Source: Trichormus sp. ATA11-4-KO1 (lineage in GTDB: Bacteria; Cyanobacteriota; Cyanobacteriia; Cyanobacteriales; Nostocaceae). From it: DNA of 64,000 bases. The translations under genes and the position numbers were made by a program. Where the stretch lies: positions 1-64,000 of the forward strand of contig JAHHIM010000004.1 of assembly GCA_019358915.1 (NCBI GenBank). Reading direction: 5' to 3'. A model generated the notes under the pieces. It did no database searches and had not been told where the DNA came from. It saw only the letters and a list, made by a program, of their open reading frames with translations. The first letter of the stretch is position 1. The number at the start of each line of letters is the position of its first letter. This document shows, in pieces, positions 9,854-19,804 of this stretch.

Positions 9854-12800
9854 TCAGCGTTTGAGGGGAATTTCTATCCAGAACTCACAACCGTTACCCG
9901 GTTCAGAAACACACTTGATCTTACCACTGTGTTTTTCCACAATAATTTGATAGCTAATAGATAACCCTAGACCAGATCCTTGACCAGGTTGCTTGGTAGT
10001 AAAGAAAGGTTCAAAAATACGCGATCGCACATTTTCTGGAATACCACAACCATTATCAGCAATACAAATCAGAATAATATTATCTTTAATGATATCTGTA
10101 GAAATATGAATATGAGGATTTTCAGGAATTTTTCTCGTCTTTACTGAGTATTCCAGTGCATCAATGGCATTATTCAGAATATTCATAAATACTTGATTCA
10201 TTTGGGCTGCATAACAGACTACCGGAGGTAAATCACCATATTTCTTAACTACTTCAATAGCAAAAGAATTAGCCTGTGCTTGCAGACGATTTTGTAAAAT
10301 TAAGAGCGTACTATCGAGGCCTTCATGAAGGTCAACGGGCTTCATTCCTGCTTCATCAAGCCGAGAAAAACTGCGTAATGATAAAACTAATTGAGAGATC
10401 CGCTCTGTCCCCATCATCATGGAAGTAAGAATTTTCGGCAAGTCATCACTAATGAAATCTAAGTCTAACTCTGCTACTTGCTGTTGAATTTCTCTTGTGG
10501 CTTTGGGATAACGTTTTTGGTAAAGACGCAATAATTTAAATAAATTTTCAGTGTGTTCATTAAGGTAAGTTATATTACCGTATATGAAGCTAATCGGGTT
10601 GTTAATTTCATGTGCTATCCCGGCCACTAATTGTCCTAAACCTGCCATTTTCTCACTTTGAATCAACTGACTTTGAGTTTGTCGTAATTCTTGGAGAGTT
10701 TGCGTAAGTTCTTCTTTTTGACGCTGAGTTTGTTCAAGTAATTCTGCTTGCTGGAGTCCCACACCTAATTGAGAGCCAATCTGCACCAATAAATCTATTT
10801 CATCTTCTTGCCAATCACGGGGTTTGATATTTTGATACGCTGCTAGTAATCCCCAGAGTTGATTACCCTGAAAAATCGGCACAATCATAAATGCCCTAGC
10901 TAATCTTGACTCTATTAAGGCAACGTGATGTATTGCATCTTCCGTACTGTTATCTTTAACGATCAGAATTTTACCATTAGCAAAGTCTGCCCCTTGAGTT
11001 TTTTGCAAGTAGTCATCTGCAATTACAGGCAAAAGTTCCTGTACTGATGTCAAGTTTTGGGCTAATGATTCAGCCACAAAGTCACCACTCCAATCTGGAT
11101 TGAAGCGATAGATTGTTACGCGATCAACCTCCAATAGTCGTTGGACTTCTTGAGTAGTAGCTTTAAAAATGGTGTCAATATCCAGCGACTGGCGAATTTT
11201 TTCCACCGTTGCAGCTAATGTCTTCTCTCTTTGTGTGGCTTTGCGTTCTCGTTCGGCGGCTTGAGCCAGTTTTTCGGCTTGCATTTGCACTTGTTGTAAA
11301 GATTCAGCTTGCCGTAATGCCACTCCCAGTTGTACACCAACTTGTGCCAGCAAATTGATTTCCTCATCTTGCCAATAACGGGATTGAGAGTTTTGATAAG
11401 CTACTAACAATCCCCACAGTTTCTCGCCTTGGGAAATTGGCACAAAAACTTCATTGCGCGCGTATTTATCTGCTTGCTTACCTGGCGAAAAAACACGTTC
11501 TGTTACAGGTTGTGGCGTAAACATTGGTTTCCAGCCATCAACAATAGAATCAGCGACAAATTCACCACTCCAGTCAGGGTAAAAGCGATAAATTGCCACT
11601 CGCTCTACTTTTAATAGCCGCAGTACTTCTTGAGTAGTGGTTTTAAAGATGGTGTCTATATCCAACGACTGACGAATTTTTTCTACAGTGTTCGCCAGCG
11701 CCTTTTGCCGTTCTGCAGCTTTGCTGATTTCTGCGGCTTGGGTTTGCATTTGTTGCAAAAATTCTGCTTGCTGCAAAGCTACACCGAGTTGAGTTCCCAC
11801 TTGGGTGAGCAAATAGACCTCATCTTCTTGCCAGTTGCGGGTTCCTGTGTTTTGGTATACTGCTAACAAGCCCCAGAGTCGTTGACCGTAGTAAATAGCC
11901 ATGATTACGTAGGCTTTTGCTTGATAGCTTTCTAGGACTTTAATGTAGCAGTCGCTAAAGTCAGCTTTGTAAATATCATGACAAATGCGGTATACTTCGC
12001 CCTTAGCGAAGCGACCACCCCCTGTATCTTGTAAGTAAGTATCAATTACTGGGATTCGAGCTAAATCTTTGGCACTACATTCACTGATGTTTTCACGCAA
12101 TTCTGGTCGCTGTAATTGCTCATCCATCAGGGAAGACCAGCCCTCGGCCACAGATTCAAACGCGAATTCACCACTCCAATCTGGATTGAAGCGATAGATA
12201 GCCACGCGGTCTGCATTCAGTAGCCGCCTGAGTTCTACTGTGCTTGTGCGGAAAATGCTCTCCAAGTCTAAGGTTTGACGAATTTTTTCCACAGTTATGG
12301 CTATAGTTTTCTGCCATTCTGCGGCTTTTTCTCTGGCTTTGGCTTCTGCCAGTTGGGCTGATTTTACTGTTACTTGTTCCAAGTAATCTGCCTGCTGCAA
12401 GGCCACACCAAGATGTTCGGCAATTAATTGCACAAACTCAATTTCTGATGTATCCCATTGTCGCGGGCTGCTACACTGATGAATACACAGTAATCCCCAT
12501 AAATTTTTACCTTTCATTAGGGGAGAAGCTATGTTGGCGCGTACTTGGAATTTTTCTAACATCTGGATGTGACAGTCACTGACATCGGCTTGATAGATAT
12601 CAGTCATGACTTTGATCCGACCTTGCTGATACAGTCCAGCAAACTCCGCAGCAAAGCAGTGGTCACGCAATTTAGCTGTTAATGCCGAACTCCATTGTGC
12701 TGCCACATCTTCATAGATAAATTCTCCTTCCCATCCCAATTCAGGATAAAAACGAAACACTCCCACCCGGTCAGTATTCAGAAGTTGGCGAACTTCTGTG

Positions 12801-12967
12801 ACTGTAATTTTGAAAATAACGTCTATATCCAGAGACTCCCGAATCCGGGCAATTACGCCAGATAAAGCTTTTTGTTTCTCACTTTGATACAGAGAAAATG
12901 TCATGTCAGGCTGATGTTGTTGGTCAGAATTCGTTTGTATGGGTTGCATGGTAGGAGAGTTTTCCAT
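9854..12967 (-). CDS. Four-GAF cyanobacteriochrome histidine kinase
   Basis: GAF1 has DHCF plus CH; GAF2 has an extra Cys (ECS), DTYLQ and CY; H-box AHEINNP; N, G1, F and G2 boxes. Confidence 0.9.
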   Translation of the reverse strand: MENSPTMQPIQTNSDQQHQPDMTFSLYQSEKQKALSGVIARIRESLDIDVIFKITVTEVRQLLNTDRVGVFRFYPELGWEGEFIYEDVAAQWSSALTAKLRDHCFAAEFAGLYQQGRIKVMTDIYQADVSDCHIQMLEKFQVRANIASPLMKGKNLWGLLCIHQCSSPRQWDTSEIEFVQLIAEHLGVALQQADYLEQVTVKSAQLAEAKAREKAAEWQKTIAITVEKIRQTLDLESIFRTSTVELRRLLNADRVAIYRFNPDWSGEFAFESVAEGWSSLMDEQLQRPELRENISECSAKDLARIPVIDTYLQDTGGGRFAKGEVYRICHDIYKADFSDCYIKVLESYQAKAYVIMAIYYGQRLWGLLAVYQNTGTRNWQEDEVYLLTQVGTQLGVALQQAEFLQQMQTQAAEISKAAERQKALANTVEKIRQSLDIDTIFKTTTQEVLRLLKVERVAIYRFYPDWSGEFVADSIVDGWKPMFTPQPVTERVFSPGKQADKYARNEVFVPISQGEKLWGLLVAYQNSQSRYWQDEEINLLAQVGVQLGVALRQAESLQQVQMQAEKLAQAAERERKATQREKTLAATVEKIRQSLDIDTIFKATTQEVQRLLEVDRVTIYRFNPDWSGDFVAESLAQNLTSVQELLPVIADDYLQKTQGADFANGKILIVKDNSTEDAIHHVALIESRLARAFMIVPIFQGNQLWGLLAAYQNIKPRDWQEDEIDLLVQIGSQLGVGLQQAELLEQTQRQKEELTQTLQELRQTQSQLIQSEKMAGLGQLVAGIAHEINNPISFIYGNITYLNEHTENLFKLLRLYQKRYPKATREIQQQVAELDLDFISDDLPKILTSMMMGTERISQLVLSLRSFSRLDEAGMKPVDLHEGLDSTLLILQNRLQAQANSFAIEVVKKYGDLPPVVCYAAQMNQVFMNILNNAIDALEYSVKTRKIPENPHIHISTDIIKDNIILICIADNGCGIPENVRSRIFEPFFTTKQPGQGSGLGLSISYQIIVEKHSGKIKCVSEPGNGCEFWIEIPLKR

Positions 12968-13063
12968 TCCCAGTGCGAGTTTGAGTATCGAGGGTCTTCT
13001 ATCTTAGAATTCCCTGAGTGACTGGAAATTTAACATTTAGTAATATCTTTCTCTCATAAACAG

Positions 13064-13094
13064 TGTAGGGACATGATAATATCATGTCCCTACA
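13064..13094. repeat. Palindromic dispersed repeat
   Basis: tgtagggacatgat-aat-atcatgtccctaca. Confidence 0.7.
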
Positions 13095-13114
13095 AAAACA
13101 TTGTGCCAGATGAA

Positions 13115-13433
13115 GAGTGCTGAGTTGAAAGTGCTGAGTGCTGAGTTAAAAGACCACCCACTAGGGGGAGCCACTGCGGTGGAAGGGTTTCCCGGCATAT
13201 AGGAGCCAGCCGCGTGGGCGGGTTTCCCGGCTTGAGCGGACTGGCGTCAAGTGGCGTTGGGGTATCGACCTTCTCCCGATCAGAAGATTCCGCTTGACTT
13301 CGGGCGGGGCTTTTACCATAGTGCAGAAGTACTTCCTTCATCTTCTTGTTACTCAGTACTCAGCACTCAGACGTTCGGCGAAGCTACTTCGACAAGGCTC
13401 AGTACAAGTCAGTCGAGCCGCACTCAGCACTGA
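13115..13433. repeat. Composite of inverted STRR arrays (AGTGCTG / CAGCACT) and nested small dispersed repeats
   Basis: Heptamers on both flanks; two nested agcca...gggtttcccggc...ggcgt units; a 52-bp unit at 13370-13421 shared with 46208-46259. Confidence 0.75.
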
Positions 13434-13442
13434 GTAGGTAAA

Positions 13443-13604
13443 TTATCGCCGTTTGGGAGAGCTGCGTCGGAGTTCGCGTTTTTCGTCTTCTCGACGACGG
13501 CGATCGCGCCAATCTGCCAAGGTTAAATAACCAACGCCGCCAGTGACTGCTACTAGTAGCAACAAGGCAAGTAAAGCCAAAATACTTAGGAATGGACTTT
13601 CCAC
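13443..13604 (-). CDS. 53-aa single-TM protein directly downstream of petN
   Basis: GTG start; MESPFLSILALLALLLLVAVTGGVGYLTLADWRDRRRREDEKRELRRSSPKRR; begins 7 nt after the petN stop; missing from the ORF track. Confidence 0.75.
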   Translation of the reverse strand: MESPFLSILALLALLLLVAVTGGVGYLTLADWRDRRRREDEKRELRRSSPKRR

Positions 13605-13611
13605 GATTCCC

Positions 13612-13701
13612 CTATAGTCCGTTACGTCCCCAAACTACCATTGCAATTGACCAAGTAAACACAACCAAGAGTGATACCCAACCCAGTGTCAAAGTTGCCA
13701 T
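13612..13701 (-). CDS. petN: Cytochrome b6f subunit PetN
   Basis: [29 protein letters not shown], translated by hand; below the ORF track cutoff. Confidence 0.97.
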   Translation of the reverse strand: MATLTLGWVSLLVVFTWSIAMVVWGRNGL

Positions 13702-13840
13702 AGTCCTACTTTTTAAATAATTACAAAACGTTTCTAATATTTATCATACTGGGAAAAGGCAGTTGATTCTTCCATGGCATTGGTGAGTCGTTGCCCAATT
13801 ATGTGATGATTTTCCTTTTAATTTCACACATAGAGGTAAA

Positions 13841-14108
13841 GTGAACAAAAATTTAGATACTCAATTGATGGCGGAACGTATAGAATCCCTCAAAGCCGGA
13901 ATGGTTGGGGTTTTTCCTTGTGTCTGAGTTTTCTGACCACCAGGTTACTAAATACTCTAGTGCTGGCAAAGTATTTTCCTATACTTGCAAGTCTGCAAAT
14001 AAATCTGAATTGGCAATGGTGGCTAAGCGGAGGAATTGCTGCCTTCGCTGGCTTGCTGTTTGGTGTCACCTATCGCTATATCATGCGTACAGATCAAAAT
14101 CCGCAAAC
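13841..14108 (+). pseudogene. Frameshifted, 3'-truncated conserved cyanobacterial membrane protein
   Basis: MAERIESLKAG... frame shifts at the G run near 13907 into ...LFGVTYRYIMRTDQNPQ, then runs into the 3' end of the thioredoxin gene. Confidence 0.65.
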
Positions 14109-14111
14109 AAG

Positions 14112-14438
14112 CTATAGTAGCTTTTGCACAGCGTTGCTGAACTGCTCGTAAGGAGAAACTCCTATAATGGTTTCTGCCAATTCACCATCCTGGAAAATTA
14201 AAACTGCCGGAATACTACGAAGACCGAATTTCTTGAAAATCGGTTTATTATTGTCGATGTCTACCTTAACAACCTTGGCTTGACCTTTGTATTCTTGGGC
14301 GAGTTGATCCATTAACGGACTGACAAGGCGACAGGGGCCACACCAAGTTGCAGTAAAATCAACAATAACAACTTTCTCTGCACTCAAAAGAGTATCAAAT
14401 TCATTTTCTTCAACATAAACAACTAAATCTGTAGACAT
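14112..14438 (-). CDS. Thioredoxin
   Basis: WCGPC active site, SIPA cis-Pro motif. Confidence 0.95.
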   Translation of the reverse strand: MSTDLVVYVEENEFDTLLSAEKVVIVDFTATWCGPCRLVSPLMDQLAQEYKGQAKVVKVDIDNNKPIFKKFGLRSIPAVLIFQDGELAETIIGVSPYEQFSNAVQKLL

Positions 14439-14694
14439 TAATTTAATTCTCCATTATCAAACTATCAATTACAGTAAAAAGCTGACTGTAAAAACTATAC
14501 TCCTTTCTGTGCGTCGAGAAACCAGCACTGTATGGGACTGAAATTTCTTGTGGGTTCTAGGCGGACTAGAAGCCCACCCTCTCAATAATTATGTTTTATG
14601 ATCAGTTTATGTTATCAGCTACATAGCAAATGCTATACCTGATGAGGCAACAGTAATGACGCACTAAGCCTTTATCTATATTGAAATTTTAATT

Positions 14695-16191
14695 ATGAAA
14701 ACTCCGTTAACTTGCCGCAATTATATCGACGGTCAATGGTTGAATGCCTCAGAGGGAAGTATTCTGGAAAGCCGCAACCCCGCTTTAGTAGATGAAGTTG
14801 TTGCCACTTTCCCCCGTTCTCAAGCTAATGATATAGATCCAGCAGTAACCGCCGCTCGTCAAGCTTACCGCAGTTGGCGAAAAGTGCCTGCCCCAGCTAG
14901 AGCAGAATACGTGTTTCGGGTGGGGGAAATATTACTCCAGCACAAAGAAGAACTGGCCCAATTAATCAGTCAGGAAATGGGTAAACCCTTGACAGAAGCA
15001 AGGGGAGATGTGCAAGAAGGCATTGATTGTGCTTTTTACAGTGCTGGTGAAGGAAGGCGGCTATTTGGGCAAACTACACCTTCGGAAATGCCCAATAAAT
15101 TTGCTATGACGGTACGAATGCCTATAGGAGTCTGTGCTTTAATTACTCCTTGGAATTTCCCGGTAGCAATTCCTTGTTGGAAAGCTATGCCGGCTTTAGT
15201 ATGTGGTAATACGGTCATCCTCAAACCTGCTGAAGATACCCCCGCTTGTGCAACTAAATTAATAGAAATTTTTGCCGCCGCAGGTTTTCCAGATGGAGTG
15301 ATTAACTTGGTGCATGGGTTGGGTGAAGAAGCAGGGAAAGCTTTAGTTGAACATCCCCATATTGATTTAGTTTCCTTTACTGGGTCTTCGGAAACTGGTG
15401 CTTTTGTCGGTGCTACTTGCGGCCGCACTCACAAGCGTGTCTGTTTGGAGATGGGTGGCAAAAATGCCCAAGTAGTGATGGAAGATGCAGACTTGGAACT
15501 AGCCCTTGATGGTGCAGTTTGGGGTGCTTTTGGTACGACTGGTCAACGGTGTACAGCCACTAGTCGCCTGATTTTACATCGTGACATCAAAGAGAAATTT
15601 ACGGCGATGCTGCGTGAACGTACTAGTAAGTTACGCTTGGGTGCTGGTACTGACCCTGACACAGAAGTCGGGCCAATAATCAACGAAAAGCAACTGCAAC
15701 GAGTCAGCCAGTATATGGATATTGCTCGTGAGGAAGGAGCAAAGGTGTTAATTGGTGGGGAAATTGCCAACGCAGGCTCATTAAAAAACGGTTACTTTTT
15801 TGAGCCAACTATTTTAGATAATGTTACTCCCAATATGCGCGTTGCCCGTGAGGAGATATTTGGCCCAGTGGTGGTATTAATTGAGGTGACTGATTTTGAG
15901 GAAGCGATCGCTATTCTTAATGATACCAATTACGGCCTTTCCTCTTCAGTTTATACCCGCGATATCAATCGAGCTTTTACTGCCATGCGCGACATCGAAG
16001 CAGGTATCACTTATATTAATGGCCCTACTATTGGTGCTGAGGTACACTTGCCCTTCGGTGGTGTTAAACAAACTGGTAACGGACACCGGGAAGCTGGAAC
16101 TACTGCTTTGGATGTGTTCACAGAATGGAAGAGTGTTTATGTTGACTTTTCTGGCAGTTTGCAACGCGCTCAGATAGATAATCGGGGATGA
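14695..16191 (+). CDS. NAD(P)-dependent aldehyde dehydrogenase
   Basis: PWNFP, FTGS, LEMGGKN, GQRC, EEIFGP, PFGG. Confidence 0.95.
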   Translation: MKTPLTCRNYIDGQWLNASEGSILESRNPALVDEVVATFPRSQANDIDPAVTAARQAYRSWRKVPAPARAEYVFRVGEILLQHKEELAQLISQEMGKPLTEARGDVQEGIDCAFYSAGEGRRLFGQTTPSEMPNKFAMTVRMPIGVCALITPWNFPVAIPCWKAMPALVCGNTVILKPAEDTPACATKLIEIFAAAGFPDGVINLVHGLGEEAGKALVEHPHIDLVSFTGSSETGAFVGATCGRTHKRVCLEMGGKNAQVVMEDADLELALDGAVWGAFGTTGQRCTATSRLILHRDIKEKFTAMLRERTSKLRLGAGTDPDTEVGPIINEKQLQRVSQYMDIAREEGAKVLIGGEIANAGSLKNGYFFEPTILDNVTPNMRVAREEIFGPVVVLIEVTDFEEAIAILNDTNYGLSSSVYTRDINRAFTAMRDIEAGITYINGPTIGAEVHLPFGGVKQTGNGHREAGTTALDVFTEWKSVYVDFSGSLQRAQIDNRG

Positions 16192-16333
16192 GTGGGGAGT
16201 GGGGAACAAGAGATAAAATAAAGAAACTACACTAACTTCATCTGTAGTTATTTTTTCGGTTTATTTTGAATTTTGAATTGATTCATACGGTTGTTTGCCA
16301 GAATAACATCCAAATGAAAAGGGACGGTGTGAT

Positions 16334-16699
16334 ATGACAATTACCCTAGATCATACTATAGTGCCTGCACACGATAAGGAAGCATCAGCACGCTTTTTTG
16401 CCCAAATTTTTGGCTTAAAAGTTGATACTTCTGTTGGGCACTTTGCTGCTGTGCATGTCAATGATACGTTGACACTTGACTTTGCTGATAGAGAAAATTT
16501 TGACTCTCACCATTATGCTTTCCATGTCAGTGATGAGGAATATGATGCTATCTTCGCACGGATTAAAGACATGGGTCGGGAATACAGTAGTGACCCCATG
16601 CATCAGAACAAAGGACAAATTAACCATAGGATGGGAGGCCGTGGTTTCTATTTCTATGACCTGGATGGTCATAATTTAGAATTATTAACCCGTACTTAA
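16334..16699 (+). CDS. VOC/glyoxalase family protein
   Basis: LDHTIV, HYAFHV, YFYDLDGHNLE. Confidence 0.88.
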   Translation: MTITLDHTIVPAHDKEASARFFAQIFGLKVDTSVGHFAAVHVNDTLTLDFADRENFDSHHYAFHVSDEEYDAIFARIKDMGREYSSDPMHQNKGQINHRMGGRGFYFYDLDGHNLELLTRT

Positions 16700-16740
16700 T
16701 TCGTAATTCGTTTGTGGGCTGTGTTTTAACTCAATACGCA

Positions 16741-18072
16741 TCACTTTTTCACAAGAAAATAGGCTGTAGCATACTCAGGTAATTGCCTGATATGCTGCCT
16801 AAATTCTTGCTGATTACGAAAAGTCCCAGCCAAATAATCAAGTTGATAAAGATTAGGTAAAAAAGCTCCGCCTGTATCTCCTATAACTCCCATTTGTAAG
16901 TGTTTACGTCCGTTTTTAGTATGTTCAATTGCCACCACTCTACCTAAACCAATATTTAAAACATCTCCGGCAAAAGTTACTCCTGGTTTGATGGAAATTT
17001 TGGCATCTATGTTATGTCCATAACCTTTAATAGCATCGACTTGTCTAAAGTACCAATATCGCTTTTGTGCTGTTGCTTTTAATCCCCGCACGTAAGAAAT
17101 GCCGTTATTTCTATCTACATTAAAAAATGCCTGGGAGCCATCTGTAAAATTAATCAGTATTGTTCCCTGCATCAGTGCTTCTTCTAAGCCATTGCGGGTG
17201 AGATAAGCTAGGGGTTGAACTCTACCATGTTCCTTCCCACCTGGTTCATAAATACCCGATAAAACATCTTGTTTTGTATATCTAGTATAAAACTTATCAG
17301 CAATATTATCTGCTTTTAAACTGTAAATAGGGGTGTTAAAAGTAGAGGTTTTTGTGCGAGAACCGGGATGAGTAAAAACAGCGTATTTTGTAATTCGTAA
17401 TTGATGCTGCTTTTGGTTGCTAGAATTATAAGCAGACCATTTGATTACTCGAAAATGGGTGTTAATAAAATTAGTATTTTGTAACCGAGTAGCTCGATTG
17501 TTGGCAATATCCTCCCTTAAAACTGTAATCATGAAATCCAAGGTTTTGAGGATATCTTGTACAGTAACTCCTTGAGTACCTAGCAGCCCTTTACGGAGAA
17601 TATTGGGGTCTTCTGAAGAATAATCTTGAAAATATTTTCTAGTATTTATAAGAACGCTTAATAAGTCTGAGTGATTAAAGTTAAGCTTAGTATTTGGCAG
17701 TTTTGCTGAAGTTAAAATTTGACTACCGTTAACATTGAACTTGTATTTCTGCCACTCGTCAATGACTGGATAAGTTACAGGTATTGAGGCTACAGATTGC
17801 CTAGAGTTAGGTGATATTTGTTGAGTAATAAAAGAAGTCTGGAAAATCGGGAAAAATCTTTGAGCAAATTGAGGATAAGCCGAAGCCAGCTGTGTTTGTG
17901 TTAGGGCAGAATTTTCCTGCTGAGTAAATGATAAATTTTTTTCAGCCTGGTTTTTTGGTACTTGCTGTTGATTTTTGGTATGAGTATACAAACGGCTACT
18001 GGCTAAACTCACAAATAACAAAGCAGCAAAACCTAATGTGAAGCGGAGTTTTTGGCTGAATAGGGTACGCAT
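16741..18072 (-). CDS. Exported MltA/3D-domain-like protein (putative lytic transglycosylase)
   Basis: Signal-like N-terminus; QGT...NNG.SY, RYWYF and C-terminal GDTGGAF...QLDYLAG resemble the MltA/3D motif. Confidence 0.6.
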   Translation of the reverse strand: MRTLFSQKLRFTLGFAALLFVSLASSRLYTHTKNQQQVPKNQAEKNLSFTQQENSALTQTQLASAYPQFAQRFFPIFQTSFITQQISPNSRQSVASIPVTYPVIDEWQKYKFNVNGSQILTSAKLPNTKLNFNHSDLLSVLINTRKYFQDYSSEDPNILRKGLLGTQGVTVQDILKTLDFMITVLREDIANNRATRLQNTNFINTHFRVIKWSAYNSSNQKQHQLRITKYAVFTHPGSRTKTSTFNTPIYSLKADNIADKFYTRYTKQDVLSGIYEPGGKEHGRVQPLAYLTRNGLEEALMQGTILINFTDGSQAFFNVDRNNGISYVRGLKATAQKRYWYFRQVDAIKGYGHNIDAKISIKPGVTFAGDVLNIGLGRVVAIEHTKNGRKHLQMGVIGDTGGAFLPNLYQLDYLAGTFRNQQEFRQHIRQLPEYATAYFLVKK

Positions 18073-18416
18073 AAGTTGAAAAATTACTACTCATTTATTA
18101 ATAATAGTTGCATTTGCCCCAATATTTGCTGAATTTTAACTTGACAATGAACTACCCATAGATACAATTGGGGCATCATACCTCTTTTAGGTTTAAAGAG
18201 CAACTACTTTGTGAGGGCGGGGAAAAAGCTACGAAGTTTTTTCTGGAAATCTTTCTTAAGATTCATGAAAGATTGTCTAAATTTTTTCAAGATCACTGAC
18301 ACATATTCTAGTTTTTCTGTCAATGCGTAAATTTTATACAAATGGCATCAAATACTACTGTCATAAATCGCACTTCGCAGTTTAATTATCAATAATTCTC
18401 AAGAAATTTTCAAAAA

Positions 18417-19739
18417 ATGTTAAGTATACCAATTAACCGACCTTTACCTAGTGAGCCTCGCTTGGTAACTTCCTTGCCTGGATCTCGGGCTAAAGCAATT
18501 ATAGAACGCGATCGCGCCGTAACTTCCCCTTCCTACACCCGCGATTATCCCCTAGTGGTAGCTCGCGGTGAAGGCTGTATGGTGGAAGATGTAGATGGTA
18601 ACGTATTTCTAGATATGACGGCTGGTATTGCTGTTACCGCTACCGGACACGCTCACCCGCAAGTCGTCGGGGCAATACAAGAACAATCAGCGCTTCTGTT
18701 GCATATGTCGGGGACTGATTTTTATTATGAGCCGATGGTGGAACTAGCGGAACAATTAGCTGTACGCGCCCCTTTTCCTAAACCTCAAAATGGTAAAACT
18801 TCGTTACCAGCAAAAGTATTTTTCACCAATTCCGGGGCAGAATCCAACGAAGGAGCTATTAAACTAGCTCGATATTACACCAAGCGATCGCTAATTGTAG
18901 CCTTCCTGGGAGCATTCCACGGACGCACCTATGGGGCAATGTCTTTAACTGGTTCCAAAACAGTACAACGCGCACACTTTGGCCCTTTAGTTCCAGGGGT
19001 AACTCATATTCCCTACGGTACTCACGCTAGCTTGGATCATTTAGAACAACAGCTATTTGCGACAATCCTCCCACCCCAAGAAGTAGCAGCAATTGTGGTG
19101 GAACCAATTCAAGGAGAGGGAGGTTACATCGTCCCTGAAGATGGTTTCTTACAAAGAATTCGGGAAATATGCGATCGCTATGGCATTCTGATGGTAGTTG
19201 ATGAAGTCCAATCCGGCATGGGGCGTACTGGTCGTTTGTTTGCCATCGAGCATTGGCATGTCATGCCTGATATCATTACTACTGCCAAAGGTATCGCCAG
19301 TGGAATGCCTTTAGGGGCCATTCTCTCACGACCTGAGTTAATGACTTGGCCTCCTGGTTCCCACGCCACCACATTCGGCGGAAATCCTGTAGCTTGTGCT
19401 GCTGGTATTGCTACTCTCCAACTACTGGAAAGTGGCTTAATGGCCAACGCTACCCAAATGGGAGAAGTATTACAAGCTGCTCTTACCCAGTTACATGAAA
19501 GATTTCCCAAAATTTCCCCACCACGCGGCAAAGGTTTGATGGTAGCAGTGGATTTATCCGATAAAGAGGGCAATCTTGATCATAAATTGCGCGATCGCAT
19601 TATTCAAGAAGCTTTCTTGCGCGGACTGTTATTACTTGGTTGCGGTAAAGCTGCAATTCGTTTTTGTCCACCTTTAGTTATCAACAAAGACCAAATTCAT
19701 ATTGCCTTAGATATTCTCGCAAATATTTTCAACAGCTAA
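18417..19739 (+). CDS. Class III PLP aminotransferase (ArgD/GabT/lysine aminotransferase superfamily)
   Basis: FHGRT, EPIQGEGG, DEVQSGMGRTG, AKG, TTFGGNP. Confidence 0.93.
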   Translation: MLSIPINRPLPSEPRLVTSLPGSRAKAIIERDRAVTSPSYTRDYPLVVARGEGCMVEDVDGNVFLDMTAGIAVTATGHAHPQVVGAIQEQSALLLHMSGTDFYYEPMVELAEQLAVRAPFPKPQNGKTSLPAKVFFTNSGAESNEGAIKLARYYTKRSLIVAFLGAFHGRTYGAMSLTGSKTVQRAHFGPLVPGVTHIPYGTHASLDHLEQQLFATILPPQEVAAIVVEPIQGEGGYIVPEDGFLQRIREICDRYGILMVVDEVQSGMGRTGRLFAIEHWHVMPDIITTAKGIASGMPLGAILSRPELMTWPPGSHATTFGGNPVACAAGIATLQLLESGLMANATQMGEVLQAALTQLHERFPKISPPRGKGLMVAVDLSDKEGNLDHKLRDRIIQEAFLRGLLLLGCGKAAIRFCPPLVINKDQIHIALDILANIFNS

Positions 19740-19804
19740 TTATCATCCTCCTTTGTGTACTTTGCGGTTTGTCAAAATAATTATTCTCATATCAAAAATC
19801 ATTT

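Noticed and set aside
13115..13433. ORFs 13090-13341 and 13251-13433; possible CRISPR-like array
   Set aside because: The translations ([20 protein letters not shown]) come from STRR and dispersed repeats; there is no regular repeat-spacer period and no cas genes.
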